Made by a program: the position numbers and the translations under genes | The notes under the pieces: model-generated | Seen by the model: the letters and a program-made list of their open reading frames with translations, nothing else | Told to the model about the DNA's origin: nothing | Databases searched by the model: none | Source: an uncultured Nitrososphaeraceae archaeon | GTDB taxonomy: Archaea; Thermoproteota; Nitrososphaeria; Nitrososphaerales; Nitrososphaeraceae | Assembly: GCA_963765895.1 (NCBI GenBank) | Contig: CAVXZB010000006.1 | Coordinates: 33,166 to 97,165 of the forward strand | DNA length: 64,000 bases | Reading direction: 5' to 3' | In this document: piece by piece, positions 62,253 to 64,000 of the stretch | Layout of the letters: each line of letters opens with the position of its first letter | Numbering within the stretch: position 1 is the stretch's first letter

Positions 62253-62711
62253 TTAATATTTCTTCTAAATCGCAATATTAACTAGCATACAAAAAATATA
62301 TTTTTAAATGTTGTCAGATTGAGAATTAGAAGAATATAGAATTTATTTCAAGCTCTATGTCATCAATAGCTGGTTGATCTACTTTAACGGTCAATTGAAA
62401 AACTAGTACTATTCCAGTACAAGCAAAGTATTGCGGCATTACATCATCCTACATTTTCAGAATTCGTTTATCATACAATTATAGCTATGAAGTATGACGT
62501 CTTCCGGTCAAATTCAGAATATTAGCTGACATTTCTAAATGACCGGTCCACCCTAGAAATAGGCAAAGATATTGGATTAATTTTAAGAATAGATATTCTT
62601 TTTGATTTGAAATATCACTAATGTTTTATAATTTATGTAGACTAATTTATTGATAAGGTATGACTCGCCGAAAGATAGCAAAAAAACATTAGGTTATATC
62701 TACCATGTCAA

Positions 62712-63571
62712 TCACCATTGCCGTTGTCGGTATGGTTCATGACTGATATCATTGTTGGCGTGTGCCGCAGTTGGTAGACTAAAGCTAAAAGTAGCACCAT
62801 TATCATCTTGGTTATTTTCAGCCCACATTCTGCCGCCATGGGCCTCAATAATATTCTTTGATATAAAATAACCAGTCAGGTTCCACCTTGCGAGACTGAA
62901 GCAAACTTTGTGAAAAGCTTGGGAAATACCTTAGCATCTATACCAGTTCCACTATCCTTTATGGCAATAACCACGACCTTATCACCAATATCATCGTACT
63001 CTCTTTCTTTAGTTTCAGTTGTAATAGTAATAGTTCCTTTCTTAGTAAACCTGATCGTATTGACTAAGAGATTTAAAATCACCTGATTAATTCTGTTCTT
63101 ATCTGCTTCTAAATAGATATCTACTTTTTCCTTAAATATGAGCTCTATATTTATATTGTTATTGTTACTGCTCATATTTTCACTCGCAATATAATTTCTG
63201 GAATCTGTAACTGCATTCAGTATCATCTGATTTAAATTGAATTTCTCCTTTTTAAGTGATAATGAATGACTCCCAATTCTTGCGACGTCTAGGAGATCTT
63301 CTGAAAGATTTTGTATTTTCTTAGCATTTCTTCTTGCGACGTCTAAGATCTTATCTTGTTGTAATTGCCCTTCCAGCTTTCTGTGACGAAGAATCTTCGA
63401 TAAGCCGATGATCGGTTGAATCGGAGTCCTTAGCTCGTGAGCAGCAATATTAATAAAGTCCTTTTGGGCCTTATCATTAGCTTTCAGTTTTTCATTTAAT
63501 ATTCGTTCATTCCAGAGAATATCAAATATCGATCTAAATGAGTTTACTGTAACTGCACAGACAATCTTCAT
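62712..63571 (-). pseudogene. Histidine kinase HisKA-HATPase, N-truncated, stop in G2 box
   Basis: AHELRTP, NLLVN, DSGTG, GT*LVFYISKNIIEAHGG. Confidence 0.85.
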
Positions 63572-63646
63572 TAACGGTAGATTTCTGACGAGGTATCAGT
63601 ATACGATACTGTTATGAACATCCCTCATTTCTTATAATACATAAAT

Positions 63647-64000
63647 ATGGCTGAAGTTGGAATAGCCGAAATATTCGGCATGGCAGAAGCACTTGGAATA
63701 ATTGCTACATTGTTTGTGATTCTATATTTCTCAAGAAAACAATCGTAGAGCCTCTCAGTAGATATCCAAACAAAGGTTCTCAATGACTTGGATGAAAAGG
63801 TTCACAAGATGGCAGAAATCATAGTTGAAAAACCATCAATGCAAAAAGTCATCTATAAACTTGAAACGCCATCAGATGAGTTAGCATTTGCGTATTATAT
63901 CTTGTTTATTTGTTCTCATGCATATGCTATGCATCAAAGAAAAGTGCTTACTAACGATGAATGGACAGGATGGTTGCAGTGGATGAGAAATTGCTTTAAG
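63647..64000 (+). pseudogene. Paralog of 27626..28063; one in-frame TAG; runs off window
   Basis: FSRKQS*SLSVD..NDL..YILFICSHAYAMH..EWTGWLQWM. Confidence 0.65.

Overview
AT-rich window that looks like a soil ammonia-oxidising archaeon (Nitrososphaeraceae-like). This is inferred from gene style (many stand-alone REC proteins, PsbP-like and PEFG-type secreted proteins); no rRNA or marker gene is present. 1-35 kb is accessory DNA with many disrupted genes: oxidoreductases, seven REC-only regulators, membrane and secreted proteins, an IS5/IS903-like element with a 9-bp target duplication, and a possible terminase remnant. 35.5-43.1 kb is a decayed integrated element: D5/P4-type SF3 helicase and PriX-like primase remnants, a RelE-type toxin-antitoxin pair, and a broken cas3 between two oppositely oriented mini CRISPR arrays. 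An IS630 element follows. 44.7-62.3 kb is a stress/DNA-repair island: PRC-barrel proteins, Nramp, a dps remnant, an intact fused three-domain LigD convergent with Ku (bacterial-type NHEJ), a yellow/MRJP protein, a HerA-like ATPase and a metallophosphoesterase. Ten single-base frameshifting insertions fall at GCWGC or GTAC palindromes. This suggests methylation-linked sequencing errors, so several apparent pseudogenes, including Ku, may be intact. All calls come from motif recognition by eye; no database searches were run.
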